This document shows positions 19,982 through 28,686 of a stretch of DNA of 64,000 nt, piece after piece (position 1 is the stretch's first letter; each line of letters starts with the position of its first letter). The stretch comes from Sedimentisphaerales bacterium (lineage in GTDB: Bacteria; Planctomycetota; Phycisphaerae; Sedimentisphaerales; SM23-30), in NCBI GenBank assembly GCA_028281535.1, contig JANQJS010000063.1:1-64000 (forward strand). The letters run 5' to 3'. A program made the position numbers and the translations under genes. The notes below the pieces were generated by a model. The model saw nothing but the letters and a program-made list of their open reading frames with translations. It ran no database searches and was not told the origin of the DNA.

Positions 19982-20788
19982 TTGAAAGATAAAACGACGA
20001 TGACGAGTCCGATAAATACATCAACAGGTTTTGCTTACACACCGCTGCAACATGGCGACAGGAATGCCGCTGTTTTCGGTGCTGAATCGCCATCAGTGGG
20101 CCTACCGAAAAATGAAGGCTTGCCAACGAACGGTTCAATTAATGAAGATAGCTTTGAGCGTTCTACAAACTCTTCAAAGAATTCAACCGCTGGTATCTAT
20201 AATTCCAAAGGAAAGCTGAACGCCCCAGAAACCAAGAAATCAAATTCATCAGAAAAGATAATGGGGCAAACCGAAGAAAAGAAAGCTGAAAAAGAAGAAG
20301 AGAAAAAAGTTGAAGAGCAGGAAGAAAAGGAAGTTGAGAAACTAAAAGAAAGAGACGCAGAAGTTAAAGCGCATGAGCAGGCTCATAAAAATGCGTTAGG
20401 TCAATATGCCGCGGGTGGCATTTCCTATAGTTATACCACAGGTCCTGACGGACGTCGCTATGCTGTTGGTGGCGAAGTCCCTGTTGATATGTCTTCGGAA
20501 AAAACCCCAGAAGAAACAATCAAGAAAATGCAAACCATTCGACGTGCCGCGATGGCCCCCAAAGAACCTTCATCTGCCGATCGCAGTGTAGCAGCACAAG
20601 CGGGACAAATTGCCGCACAAGCCCAGGCTGAAATGATGCGAGAAAAATCCAAAGGGGAAAATGAAGATCAACTTGATCCCAATAAACCATTTGATTCAAG
20701 TTTACCGATTTCAGAAAACAATAACGACATTTCAAATCCCAATTTTTCGCCTGTTGACCTTGGCCAACTGATAAACATTTCTGCTTAA
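19982..20788 (+). CDS. Low-complexity K/E-rich protein with an HExxH motif (possible minimal zincin-like metallopeptidase); function unknown
   Basis: 268 aa. It has a long EKKAEKEEEKK acidic/basic coiled region followed by AHEQAHKNALGQYAAGGISYSYTTGPDGRRYAVGGEV. No signal peptide. Confidence 0.35.
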   Translation: MKDKTTMTSPINTSTGFAYTPLQHGDRNAAVFGAESPSVGLPKNEGLPTNGSINEDSFERSTNSSKNSTAGIYNSKGKLNAPETKKSNSSEKIMGQTEEKKAEKEEEKKVEEQEEKEVEKLKERDAEVKAHEQAHKNALGQYAAGGISYSYTTGPDGRRYAVGGEVPVDMSSEKTPEETIKKMQTIRRAAMAPKEPSSADRSVAAQAGQIAAQAQAEMMREKSKGENEDQLDPNKPFDSSLPISENNNDISNPNFSPVDLGQLINISA

Positions 20789-20943
20789 CCTCGCATCATA
20801 ATTTTCTATTAGCTCTATCTTACTATTAATCAAATCCCCCACGGCTCCATTACAAAACCAAACGGTTATTATTACAAAATAAAAAACAACCTGCTCTTAA
20901 TTACTTAAAAACAGGTTGTTGTAATTATAAAAAATAAACACAA

Positions 20944-21633
20944 TTAATGTGTTCTTCTACGCTTCAATAAAGCCACACTGCCTAAAACAAGCATCGACAT
21001 GGTCGCTGGTTCAGGTACGGCTATGGGTGATTGACGAATGGTAAAGGATGAAATACCATCAGGCACATCAATGTTAAAAACAAAATAGCCTGCAAAAGTA
21101 AAGTCGGGCATAAGTCCACCTGTCGCAAGGATATCATCTTCTGTTGGATAAGTCACTGTTGGGAAAAATCCTGGTGAGGGATTAAAATTAACAGGTGAAT
21201 CATGATGAGGTGCATCAAAATCCAATCCATCACCTGGTGTCGATTTAACAAAGCCAGCGCCTTGGCCAAATCCCAATTCGATATGATAGCTGCTCCAATC
21301 CAGGCCTGTATTATTTTGCACACCTTCAGTCACCACATACTCGGTAACCCCGCCAGTGTTAATAACATCAAACACCAAATCAACAGGTCCGATACCTACG
21401 TAATCTTTCTGTGTCACAAAAATAGCATTGGGCGACGCTCCAACCACATTATCGTTATTAGGTGCAACAGGCGGTGCCCAACTCGTCCCTGCAACAGAAG
21501 CAACACCTGAATACCAAGTAAATGTAGAAATGGCACCAGCCTGAACATGAGAAATCATCATGGTCAATGTCATCATTGCAACCACACCTAAAACACATTT
21601 TTTTCTATTTAGTCCTAAACACATCATTTTCAA
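20944..21633 (-). CDS. PEP-CTERM sorting-domain protein (exosortase substrate)
   Basis: 229 aa with an N-terminal signal peptide. The C-terminus VPEPATMSMLVLGSVALLKRRRTH is a PEP motif followed by a TM helix and a basic tail. Confidence 0.8.
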   Translation of the reverse strand: MKMMCLGLNRKKCVLGVVAMMTLTMMISHVQAGAISTFTWYSGVASVAGTSWAPPVAPNNDNVVGASPNAIFVTQKDYVGIGPVDLVFDVINTGGVTEYVVTEGVQNNTGLDWSSYHIELGFGQGAGFVKSTPGDGLDFDAPHHDSPVNFNPSPGFFPTVTYPTEDDILATGGLMPDFTFAGYFVFNIDVPDGISSFTIRQSPIAVPEPATMSMLVLGSVALLKRRRTH

Positions 21634-22007
21634 ACCTCCTCATTTAAATGGTTAATCACACCCATTCACATTATGTATGAGCGCATAAAAAAACCCGCTA
21701 GGTAAAATTCTCTCTCTAACGGGTAAAATACTTTAAATCCTTGTAAGATGTATTATAGCTGAAATGATACCAAACTTCAATTAAGATATATAGTCTATTT
21801 AACTTAGCCAATTTACAAAAAAAGTTTAAACCAAACTTAGTGATGTAACAATTTAAATTATAAAAAACAATACAACTGATCTTGACGAAAAAAACAAGTT
21901 TTAGTCTCATCTCACCATCGTTTGTAAACCACTACGCCTTTGTATTTTGTATTGATTTCTCCCCAAGCTATAAGTATGATGTTATTTAAATTTTAAGGAG
22001 ACCACCT

Positions 22008-22292
22008 ATGATCACTGTTGGTATGAACTATCATGTAATTGAAGGTAAAGATATTCTGTTTGAAGAAAAATTCGCTGCCGTTATTGGAGCGTTAAATAGT
22101 GCAGATGGGCATGAAAAGTCTTGCCTATTTAAAGATGTCAACGACCCTTTAAGTTATTTAATCATAAGTGAATGGGATGATGAAAAAGCCTTTGCCAGCT
22201 TTATTCGCAGTGACGACTTTCGTGCTGTAACTGATTGGGGAAAAGAACAAATCCTTAGTGGACGCCCCAGTCACAAAGTGTATAAAACATAA
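22008..22292 (+). CDS. Antibiotic-biosynthesis-monooxygenase (ABM/Dabb) domain protein
   Basis: 94 aa with the typical ABM ferredoxin-like fold length and sequence (LIISEWDDEKAFASFIRSDDF). Confidence 0.6.
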   Translation: MITVGMNYHVIEGKDILFEEKFAAVIGALNSADGHEKSCLFKDVNDPLSYLIISEWDDEKAFASFIRSDDFRAVTDWGKEQILSGRPSHKVYKT

Positions 22293-22361
22293 AACACTAA
22301 GCAAAAGATTCACATCTTGTTTAGATGTCGAAATATAATCAGCCCCTTGGGCTAGAAGTTC

Positions 22362-22745
22362 TTAGTGAGTTTTATCACTATTGAAATCTATTTGACACTG
22401 CCCACTGATGCAATAACGGTTTCTTGCAATCCAACGATAGATTTTTTCAATAGCGTTCATCATCCCAGGTAACTTTGCGATCCAATACAATGGACGCACC
22501 CACCAGATATGTTTAGCAATAAAAACAACTGCTGCTCCTGCCCCAATGGTTTGGTCATCTTGCGTTAATACAATCATTTCGTTAAACTGATCATCAGGTA
22601 ATTTCAATCGGGCTTTGACCCATTCAGTTTCATAGGGAACAAAACGGAAGGGTTTGTTTTTTAACCATCCTCTAAGACGCCTGACCATGTTTTGGCAAAA
22701 CTGACAATGACTATCAAAGATAATCCAATGATGTTGATGGCCCAT
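22362..22745 (-). CDS. DCC-family thiol-disulfide oxidoreductase (DUF393)
   Basis: 127 aa. The N-terminal motif IIFDSHCQFCQ matches the DUF393 DGxCxxC-type motif. Confidence 0.65.
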   Translation of the reverse strand: MGHQHHWIIFDSHCQFCQNMVRRLRGWLKNKPFRFVPYETEWVKARLKLPDDQFNEMIVLTQDDQTIGAGAAVVFIAKHIWWVRPLYWIAKLPGMMNAIEKIYRWIARNRYCISGQCQIDFNSDKTH

Positions 22746-23050
22746 TTATATCACCCATAAATTTTTTGTTCGAATCAATTGAGTTTATCATATCAAGAAA
22801 CTGTGTTTACGCAAAACCTTTCACTCCTGGCTTGTTCATTCACCACTTTAAAGTGTAACAATGATTGTAAAATCGATTTCGCATGTAGAAAATAACATGG
22901 ACGAATAAGCTAATTAGATGAATTAGTTGATGTCACAAATTTAAGGATATGTTGACTTAACGGCTAAACAGACTATAATTCTTGAAATCATTTTTGCAGA
23001 AATCATTATGCTACATTAGCATAATCACATAAATAATAAAGGATTATGTT

Positions 23051-24079
23051 TTGACTAAGACCGTAAAGGCACTCGCCGAGCATGTGGGTGGCGTGGTAGA
23101 GGGCGACGAGACCATTGAAATTAGTGGCGCCAATACACTTGGCGAAGCAACTGAAGGACAGGTCAGCTTTGTCGCTAATCAGAAATATATCCGGGATCTT
23201 AAAACGACTAAAGCCTCTGTCGTGGTCGTAGGCGAAAAAATTGACGCGCAAGGCAAAACCATTATTCGCTGCAAAGATCCTTATTATTCCTTTACACAAA
23301 TTGTCGTTCTGCTGCATGGCTACCGTGAACATAAACCGATTGGTATCAGTCAAAATGCGAGCATCGCAGAAAATGCCACGATCGGTGAGAATGTTGATAT
23401 TCATGATTTCGTGTGCATTTCAGCTGAAGCAGAAATTGGAGATGGAACTAAAATTTATCCAAGCTGCACCATTGGTCCTGGTACCAAAATTGGAAAAGAT
23501 TGTATCATATTTCCGAACGTTACTATTTATGATGGTTGCGAGATTGGCGACCGTGTAACTATTCATGCCGGGAGCGTGGTTGGTCAAGATGGATTTGGTT
23601 ATGCCACACACGAAGGGGTCCACCATAAGATTCCGCAAATCGGTAATGTCATTATTGAAGATGACGTTGAGATCGGTGCGAACTGCTCTATTGATCGGGG
23701 CACATTAGGATCAACGATCATCGGCAAAGGTACCAAATTCAGCAACGGAATTGTCATTGGCCACAACACGGTTTTGGGCGAACATTGTTTACTGGTTGCA
23801 CAAGTCGCTATTGCCGGCTCAACGACAATCGGCCACCATTGCGTTTTTGCCGGACAAGCTGGCGTGGTTGGCCATATCGAAATTGGCGATCAAGTCACAG
23901 TGGGAGCGCAAGCTGGCGTGGTTAATGACGTCAAAAGCGGCGAATCGATTGTTGGCTCACCTGCCATTCCACTGAACCAAGCTAAGAAAAGTGTCTTGCT
24001 AATGAAAAACCTTCCTGAATTCCGAAACAAACTTCGAGATATGGAACGCACCATCCGTAAAATCCTTAAGGGAGAATAA
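23051..24079 (+). CDS. lpxD: UDP-3-O-(3-hydroxyacyl)glucosamine N-acyltransferase LpxD (TTG start)
   Basis: 342 aa with LpxD N-terminal and left-handed beta-helix hexapeptide repeats (IGDRVTIHAGSVVG...IGHNTVLGEHC...). An AAAGGA RBS precedes the TTG. Confidence 0.85.
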   Translation: MTKTVKALAEHVGGVVEGDETIEISGANTLGEATEGQVSFVANQKYIRDLKTTKASVVVVGEKIDAQGKTIIRCKDPYYSFTQIVVLLHGYREHKPIGISQNASIAENATIGENVDIHDFVCISAEAEIGDGTKIYPSCTIGPGTKIGKDCIIFPNVTIYDGCEIGDRVTIHAGSVVGQDGFGYATHEGVHHKIPQIGNVIIEDDVEIGANCSIDRGTLGSTIIGKGTKFSNGIVIGHNTVLGEHCLLVAQVAIAGSTTIGHHCVFAGQAGVVGHIEIGDQVTVGAQAGVVNDVKSGESIVGSPAIPLNQAKKSVLLMKNLPEFRNKLRDMERTIRKILKGE

Positions 24080-24275
24080 TCCGCTTAGACTTATTCTCCC
24101 CAACAACGTCTTCGAAAACACGCCAAACTGCCTAATCCCAATAATGCCATGGTCGTAGGCTCTGGAATACAATTTATAAGCAGCTATTTTATAAGTTATT
24201 TTTAGGTAAATAATTACACAATAACCAACGAAGGTTTTTAGTATCACTCTTAGAAATAACGATTATAATAGTGTC

Positions 24276-25115
24276 ATGAATTCAGATAGTCATATAGTTG
24301 GACTGATTGCTGGCCAGGGCCGTTTGCCTTTTATGGTTGCTGATGGCGCACGTGCGGCAGGAAAGCGTGTTGTTTGCGTTGGGCTAGCGGACCAGGCGGA
24401 TCCAGAACTTGCTAAGCATGTAGATGTGTTTCACTGGGTCGGGCTAGTGAAGCTTGGGCAGTGGATGCGAAAACTCCGCCGCGAGGGTGTGACTGAAACG
24501 ATTATGGTCGGACGTGTTTCCAAGCGACAAATGTATACGCCCATGCGGATCATTCGCTATTTGCCAGACTGGCGTGCTTTACGCTTGTGGTATGGCAGGC
24601 TTCGTGTTAAAGATAAACGCAACGATAGTTTACTATGCGCTTTGGCCGACGAACTGGCCAGCGGAGGAATCATTTTGGACGATTCAACAAAATATTGTCA
24701 GGAACACCTGGCCAAAGAAGGTGTGATGACTCAACGGCAACCGAGCGATTTCGAACATAAAGATATCGAGTTCGGCTGGGAGATTGTCAAACGCATGGGT
24801 GATCTGGATATTGGCCAGGCGATCGCCGTGAAAGAACGTGAAGTCATCGCGGTCGAAGCGATTGAAGGTACTGACGAGATGATCCAACGTGCGGGCAGTC
24901 TTTGTAAAGCGGGTGGTTGGACCTTAATTAAAACAGCCAAACCTAATCAAGACATGCGGTTTGATGTACCGACAGTTGGACCGGGTACGATTGAAAATTT
25001 GAAAAAGAATCATGCAAAATGTTTGGTGATCGAAGCAGGTAAAACGCTGATTGTGGATATGGAAGAGACGATAAAGTTAGCAGACAAATATAAAATTGCC
25101 ATTATCGGGATGTAA
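24276..25115 (+). CDS. lpxI: UDP-2,3-diacylglucosamine hydrolase LpxI (DUF1009)
   Basis: 279 aa with LpxI-like N- and C-terminal domains (GLIAGQGRLPF...DVPTVGPGTIENL). It sits adjacent to lpxD. Confidence 0.75.
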   Translation: MNSDSHIVGLIAGQGRLPFMVADGARAAGKRVVCVGLADQADPELAKHVDVFHWVGLVKLGQWMRKLRREGVTETIMVGRVSKRQMYTPMRIIRYLPDWRALRLWYGRLRVKDKRNDSLLCALADELASGGIILDDSTKYCQEHLAKEGVMTQRQPSDFEHKDIEFGWEIVKRMGDLDIGQAIAVKEREVIAVEAIEGTDEMIQRAGSLCKAGGWTLIKTAKPNQDMRFDVPTVGPGTIENLKKNHAKCLVIEAGKTLIVDMEETIKLADKYKIAIIGM

Positions 25116-25148
25116 ATAAAAGTAAGCAGGAACATAGCCCCGCTTACT
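25113..25148 (-). terminator. Hairpin terminator between convergent lpxI and rtcB
   Basis: AGTAAGC...GCTTACT stem, followed by TTTTATTT on the minus strand immediately after the rtcB stop. Confidence 0.55.
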
Positions 25149-26545
25149 CAATCTTCGGGACGTTCGCCAGCAGGGGCCATTTTTACGATCCTTGGATCGA
25201 AGCGTGCGATAGGGTCTACCAGATCGGATTGGGATTTCATGACCATGTCGATATCTTTGTAGGCCATGGGTACTTCGTCTAATCCGGCGGACATTAATTT
25301 GACATTTCGTTCATCCAAGAATTTTTTGGCTTCGTGCCAAGTAAAGTTTTCTTTGGCTTTTTTACGGCTCATTTTTCGTCCTGCACCATGTGATGCGGAA
25401 TTCAATGAGGCTTCATTCCCCTTGCCTCGTACAATGTAGCCGCTTGTGCCCATTGACCCTGGGATAATACCCAACACGCCATCGCCGGCAGGTGTAGCAC
25501 CTTTACGATGCACGATCAGTTCTTTGCCATCATGGATTTCTTTCCAGGCGAAGTTGTGATGGTTTTCGATATCCAGTAACACATCGACGCCTAAATTTTT
25601 GGCGATATGTTTATGGATCAATGCATGGTTTGCCGCGGCATACTGGCCCATTAGCTCCATAGCCTGCCAATATTCCTGACCATCAGCAGAATCCAAATCT
25701 AACCATGCCAAATGCATCAAATCTTTGGGTAGCTCTGGATGTTTTTGGATCGCCAATTTACTATAATGATCGGCAATAGCCGCGCCGGTTCCACGGCTGC
25801 CGCTATGGCTTAACAGTGCCAGGTAGGTTCCTGCTTCAAGGCCAAGGTCATCCTTCTCTAAAGTCAATTCGCCATACTCAACAAAGTGATTACCACTGCC
25901 ACTGGTGCCTAATTGACTCCAGGCTTTGTCTTTGAGGTTGCGCGTTAAATCGGTAAACGTCCAATCGTCATCCATGACATCATGCTGGCGACGTTTTTTG
26001 AAACTGGCACCGATGCCAAAACGTGTCTCGGTTTCGATAGCGTTTTCCAGTTTACCGGTTTGGCCTTCCAAAGCAGACAGCGGCATATCCAAGACCGTCA
26101 TTTTCATGCGGCAGGCAATATCAACACCAACGGCAAATGGAATCACCGCATTGTCGGTTCCCAATACCCCTCCAATCGGTAAACCATAACCCACATGCGC
26201 ATCAGGCATCAATGCACCAGCAACAGAGACAGGTAATTTGCATGCATTTTCCATCTGTTCGATGGATTGCGGTTCAAAATCGCCGCCCCACTGCTGGTAG
26301 GGTGCTGGCTCTGTGCGATGTTCATAACGCGCACGAGCCTCAACTGAAGCAAGTAAAACGTTTGCTAACGGTGCAAAGATCTTATCATTTTTATATTGCT
26401 CAGGATTTTCTGCTAAGCTACGAATGGTATGGCGAACCTGAGCTTTTGGCAATCGCTCCTTACCTGCAGCCGCGACAACCTCGCGTGCTACAACCATAAC
26501 GTTACCTTTAGGAATGCCTAAATTTAATAATTCACGTGTTTTCAT
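25148..26545 (-). CDS. rtcB: RNA-splicing ligase RtcB
   Basis: 465 aa with conserved RtcB blocks (metal-binding His/Cys positions; C-terminal ...ASHGAGRKMSRKKAKE). Confidence 0.9.
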   Translation of the reverse strand: MKTRELLNLGIPKGNVMVVAREVVAAAGKERLPKAQVRHTIRSLAENPEQYKNDKIFAPLANVLLASVEARARYEHRTEPAPYQQWGGDFEPQSIEQMENACKLPVSVAGALMPDAHVGYGLPIGGVLGTDNAVIPFAVGVDIACRMKMTVLDMPLSALEGQTGKLENAIETETRFGIGASFKKRRQHDVMDDDWTFTDLTRNLKDKAWSQLGTSGSGNHFVEYGELTLEKDDLGLEAGTYLALLSHSGSRGTGAAIADHYSKLAIQKHPELPKDLMHLAWLDLDSADGQEYWQAMELMGQYAAANHALIHKHIAKNLGVDVLLDIENHHNFAWKEIHDGKELIVHRKGATPAGDGVLGIIPGSMGTSGYIVRGKGNEASLNSASHGAGRKMSRKKAKENFTWHEAKKFLDERNVKLMSAGLDEVPMAYKDIDMVMKSQSDLVDPIARFDPRIVKMAPAGERPED

Positions 26546-26664
26546 TTGATTTCCTATTCTATACTAATTCTGACCTTTTAAAAATACTAAATGCATGGAT
26601 TCCTGTGCGTTCGGCGATGCTCAGTGCAGGCTCTTCGCAAGGTTGTCAAACGGCCGACCTTTCT

Positions 26665-27684
26665 TTATTTTGAGAATTTCACCTCAAATATGTTTTTACT
26701 TATGTGTTTCACATCGATAGTTACATCAAGAAACTTTTTAATCACCTCAATATTTGTTAGACTATGTTGTGTTAATGCAACGGTTCGAAAGACGCCTTCG
26801 CCAGCTAATGCTAACGGCAGCAATAATTGATCAGATAAGTATGGCCCTACCGGAACACTTTGATCTAAATACTCTTTTATTTCATCGATCACAGGATAAA
26901 GCACTTTCGGTATCGAAACATTTTTCTGACCGAAAGCAGTAAATATTTCTGTCAGTAATTCGCTAGCGATCTCGAAGGTAATGACATTACCCGGACCTGG
27001 CGAATTATCAAATTCATGTACCTGTAGCTCCTGACCAAACCACCCAAGTTTATCACGTACTTTTTTTAGTTCCTTTTCGGCAATTTCAACGGGTAATTGT
27101 GCAACGCTTGCAGTTGCCAGCTTTGCTGTGATTTTACCACGATCCAATAGCTCAAGGCCTGAAAGCTTCTTTACGGGCTTGACATTTACTAGTAGTTGTC
27201 CACCACCTGCTGGTGCAAAACCAGGTGCAAGCAATTTAGTTTCGATTGTTGAGCCCATTTGATTGATCAAAGGAATATAGGCTTTCTCTAGAAATTCATA
27301 AGGTGGCGCATATGGATTATGCGTACCACCTTCTAACGAAATCGTCGATTCACCTTCTGCCAAAAGCAGTGCAGGTAAAACCGTTTGCAATACCAATGTT
27401 GTACTACCCGCCGTACCAATCGCAAAGTGGAATTTGCCGGCATATAAACCGCTTGGTTTAAACAGCAAACGCTGCGAGCCAATCGCATTACCTTCAACCT
27501 TTGCACACCCCACATCAACTGCGGCATTCACTGCCGTCAAATGTTGTCGCATTAAACCGGGCTTAGGCCGACCGGAACGAATGTTGATAATCTCAAAAGG
27601 CTGCTGAGTTATCAAAGATAACGCCAGCGAACTACGTAATATCTGTCCGCCGCCTTCACCAAAAGATCCATCTATTTGTATCAT
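26665..27684 (-). CDS. rtcA: RNA 3'-terminal phosphate cyclase RtcA
   Basis: 339 aa. The N-terminus MIQIDGSFGEGGGQILRSSLALSLI is typical of RtcA, and the gene overlaps the upstream gene by 4 nt. Confidence 0.9.
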   Translation of the reverse strand: MIQIDGSFGEGGGQILRSSLALSLITQQPFEIINIRSGRPKPGLMRQHLTAVNAAVDVGCAKVEGNAIGSQRLLFKPSGLYAGKFHFAIGTAGSTTLVLQTVLPALLLAEGESTISLEGGTHNPYAPPYEFLEKAYIPLINQMGSTIETKLLAPGFAPAGGGQLLVNVKPVKKLSGLELLDRGKITAKLATASVAQLPVEIAEKELKKVRDKLGWFGQELQVHEFDNSPGPGNVITFEIASELLTEIFTAFGQKNVSIPKVLYPVIDEIKEYLDQSVPVGPYLSDQLLLPLALAGEGVFRTVALTQHSLTNIEVIKKFLDVTIDVKHISKNIFEVKFSK

Positions 27685-28226
27685 TGTTTCATCTCGATTA
27701 ATTGATTAAATATCCTGGTGATATTTCGTGCATCATCGATCCCTCGATGGTGCGTACCTTCCAGGTTCATTTTTAAAAGTTTCAATGCCTGGCCCATACC
27801 TAATCGCGTGACTCTCATGACATCAGAAAATAATTGTTTGATGTTCAAATGTTCACCTTGATAAGGCTCAATACCATGCAGTTTGCAATCACGTTTTAAT
27901 TGACGCAAATCATAACCACCCCAAGAAGCTAACATAAATGGGCCATCTTGATATGCCCAATTCATAAATGCATTAAAGCTCTCAATAAAGCCAGGAGCTT
28001 TATCCACCTGGGATTGTGTGATCGTTGTCAATTGTTTACAAAAATCTGAAAGCTCTGGATTCAACTTCGGTTTTATAAACGTTTGAAACTCATCAGACAA
28101 AATCTGCCCATGACGGTAACGCACCGCACCGATCTCGATAATCTCGCTGGTATAAGTATCTTTATCTTGCCAGCAAGTTGCTTCAAGATCAACGATAATA
28201 AATTGTTTATGTTTTAAATCTTCCAT
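27681..28226 (-). CDS. DEDDh-family 3'-5' exonuclease (DnaQ/ERI-1-like), first gene of the rtcA-rtcB operon
   Basis: 181 aa. Exo I motif FIIVDLEAT (D,E), Exo II WGGYD, Exo III HHRGIDDA (the H of DEDDh). The stop overlaps the rtcA start. Confidence 0.75.
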   Translation of the reverse strand: MEDLKHKQFIIVDLEATCWQDKDTYTSEIIEIGAVRYRHGQILSDEFQTFIKPKLNPELSDFCKQLTTITQSQVDKAPGFIESFNAFMNWAYQDGPFMLASWGGYDLRQLKRDCKLHGIEPYQGEHLNIKQLFSDVMRVTRLGMGQALKLLKMNLEGTHHRGIDDARNITRIFNQLIEMKQ

Positions 28227-28272
28227 GATATTCTCTTTTTCTATTTTAAATTAATTTTCCTTATATTTAAAG

Positions 28273-28288
28273 TGAACAGAAGGTGCCA
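28273..28288 (-). promoter_or_regulatory. Sigma-54-like -24/-12 element upstream of the exonuclease-rtcA-rtcB operon (the -24 is perfect, the -12 is weak); it overlaps a 13-bp perfect palindrome GTGCCAAAGGCAC at 28283-28295
   Basis: The minus strand reads TGGCAC-CTTCT-GTTCA, about 60 nt upstream of the exonuclease ATG. The GC of the -12 element is replaced by TC. Confidence 0.35.
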
Positions 28289-28421
28289 AAGGCACTTTTT
28301 AACGACGCGACCTTTTATTCAGTAACCCGCTCCCGTTGTTCGCTACTTTGTTCCTAGTTTTCTATTCCATTTTGGCCTTTGACAGACAAAGCTGTCACAC
28401 AATTATCCACAATACAACGAA

Positions 28422-28496
28422 TAGCCCTGATAGGATTCGAACCTACAACCATCGGTTTCTAAAACCGGCGCCTCTTGCCAATCGGGCTACAGAGCC
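28422..28496 (-). tRNA. tRNA-like gene of 75 nt that folds as a class-I cloverleaf with apparent anticodon UAG. This is anomalous, because bacterial tRNA-Leu is class II. CCA is not encoded.
   Basis: Manual fold of GGCTCTG-TA-GCC..-D loop-..GGC-G-CCGGT-TTTAGAA-ACCGA-TGGTT-GTAGG-TTCGAAT-CCTAT-CAGGGCT-A. The acceptor has 5 Watson-Crick pairs plus 2 G-U pairs, and the T-loop GGTTCGAATCC is canonical. Confidence 0.5.
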
Positions 28497-28627
28497 AAAA
28501 TGATTAAAAATACTGCCGCGAGTTAACGTGGGTAACCTTTCACGCACCTCACGGCAGCCATGTGAGGTATCATTATCTCTCTAAACATTTGCGACCACCC
28601 GACATCCCTTCCTGGTCGCGTATTGTT

Positions 28628-28667
28628 AAAAAATTATATGATGGGAAGGTAAGGGTGGCACCTTCCC
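28628..28667 (-). terminator. Rho-independent terminator after the SPFH gene
   Basis: GGGAAGG...CCTTCCC hairpin followed by ATAATTTTTT on the minus strand. Confidence 0.6.
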
Positions 28668-28686
28668 ATCGTGCGGAATCAACCTT

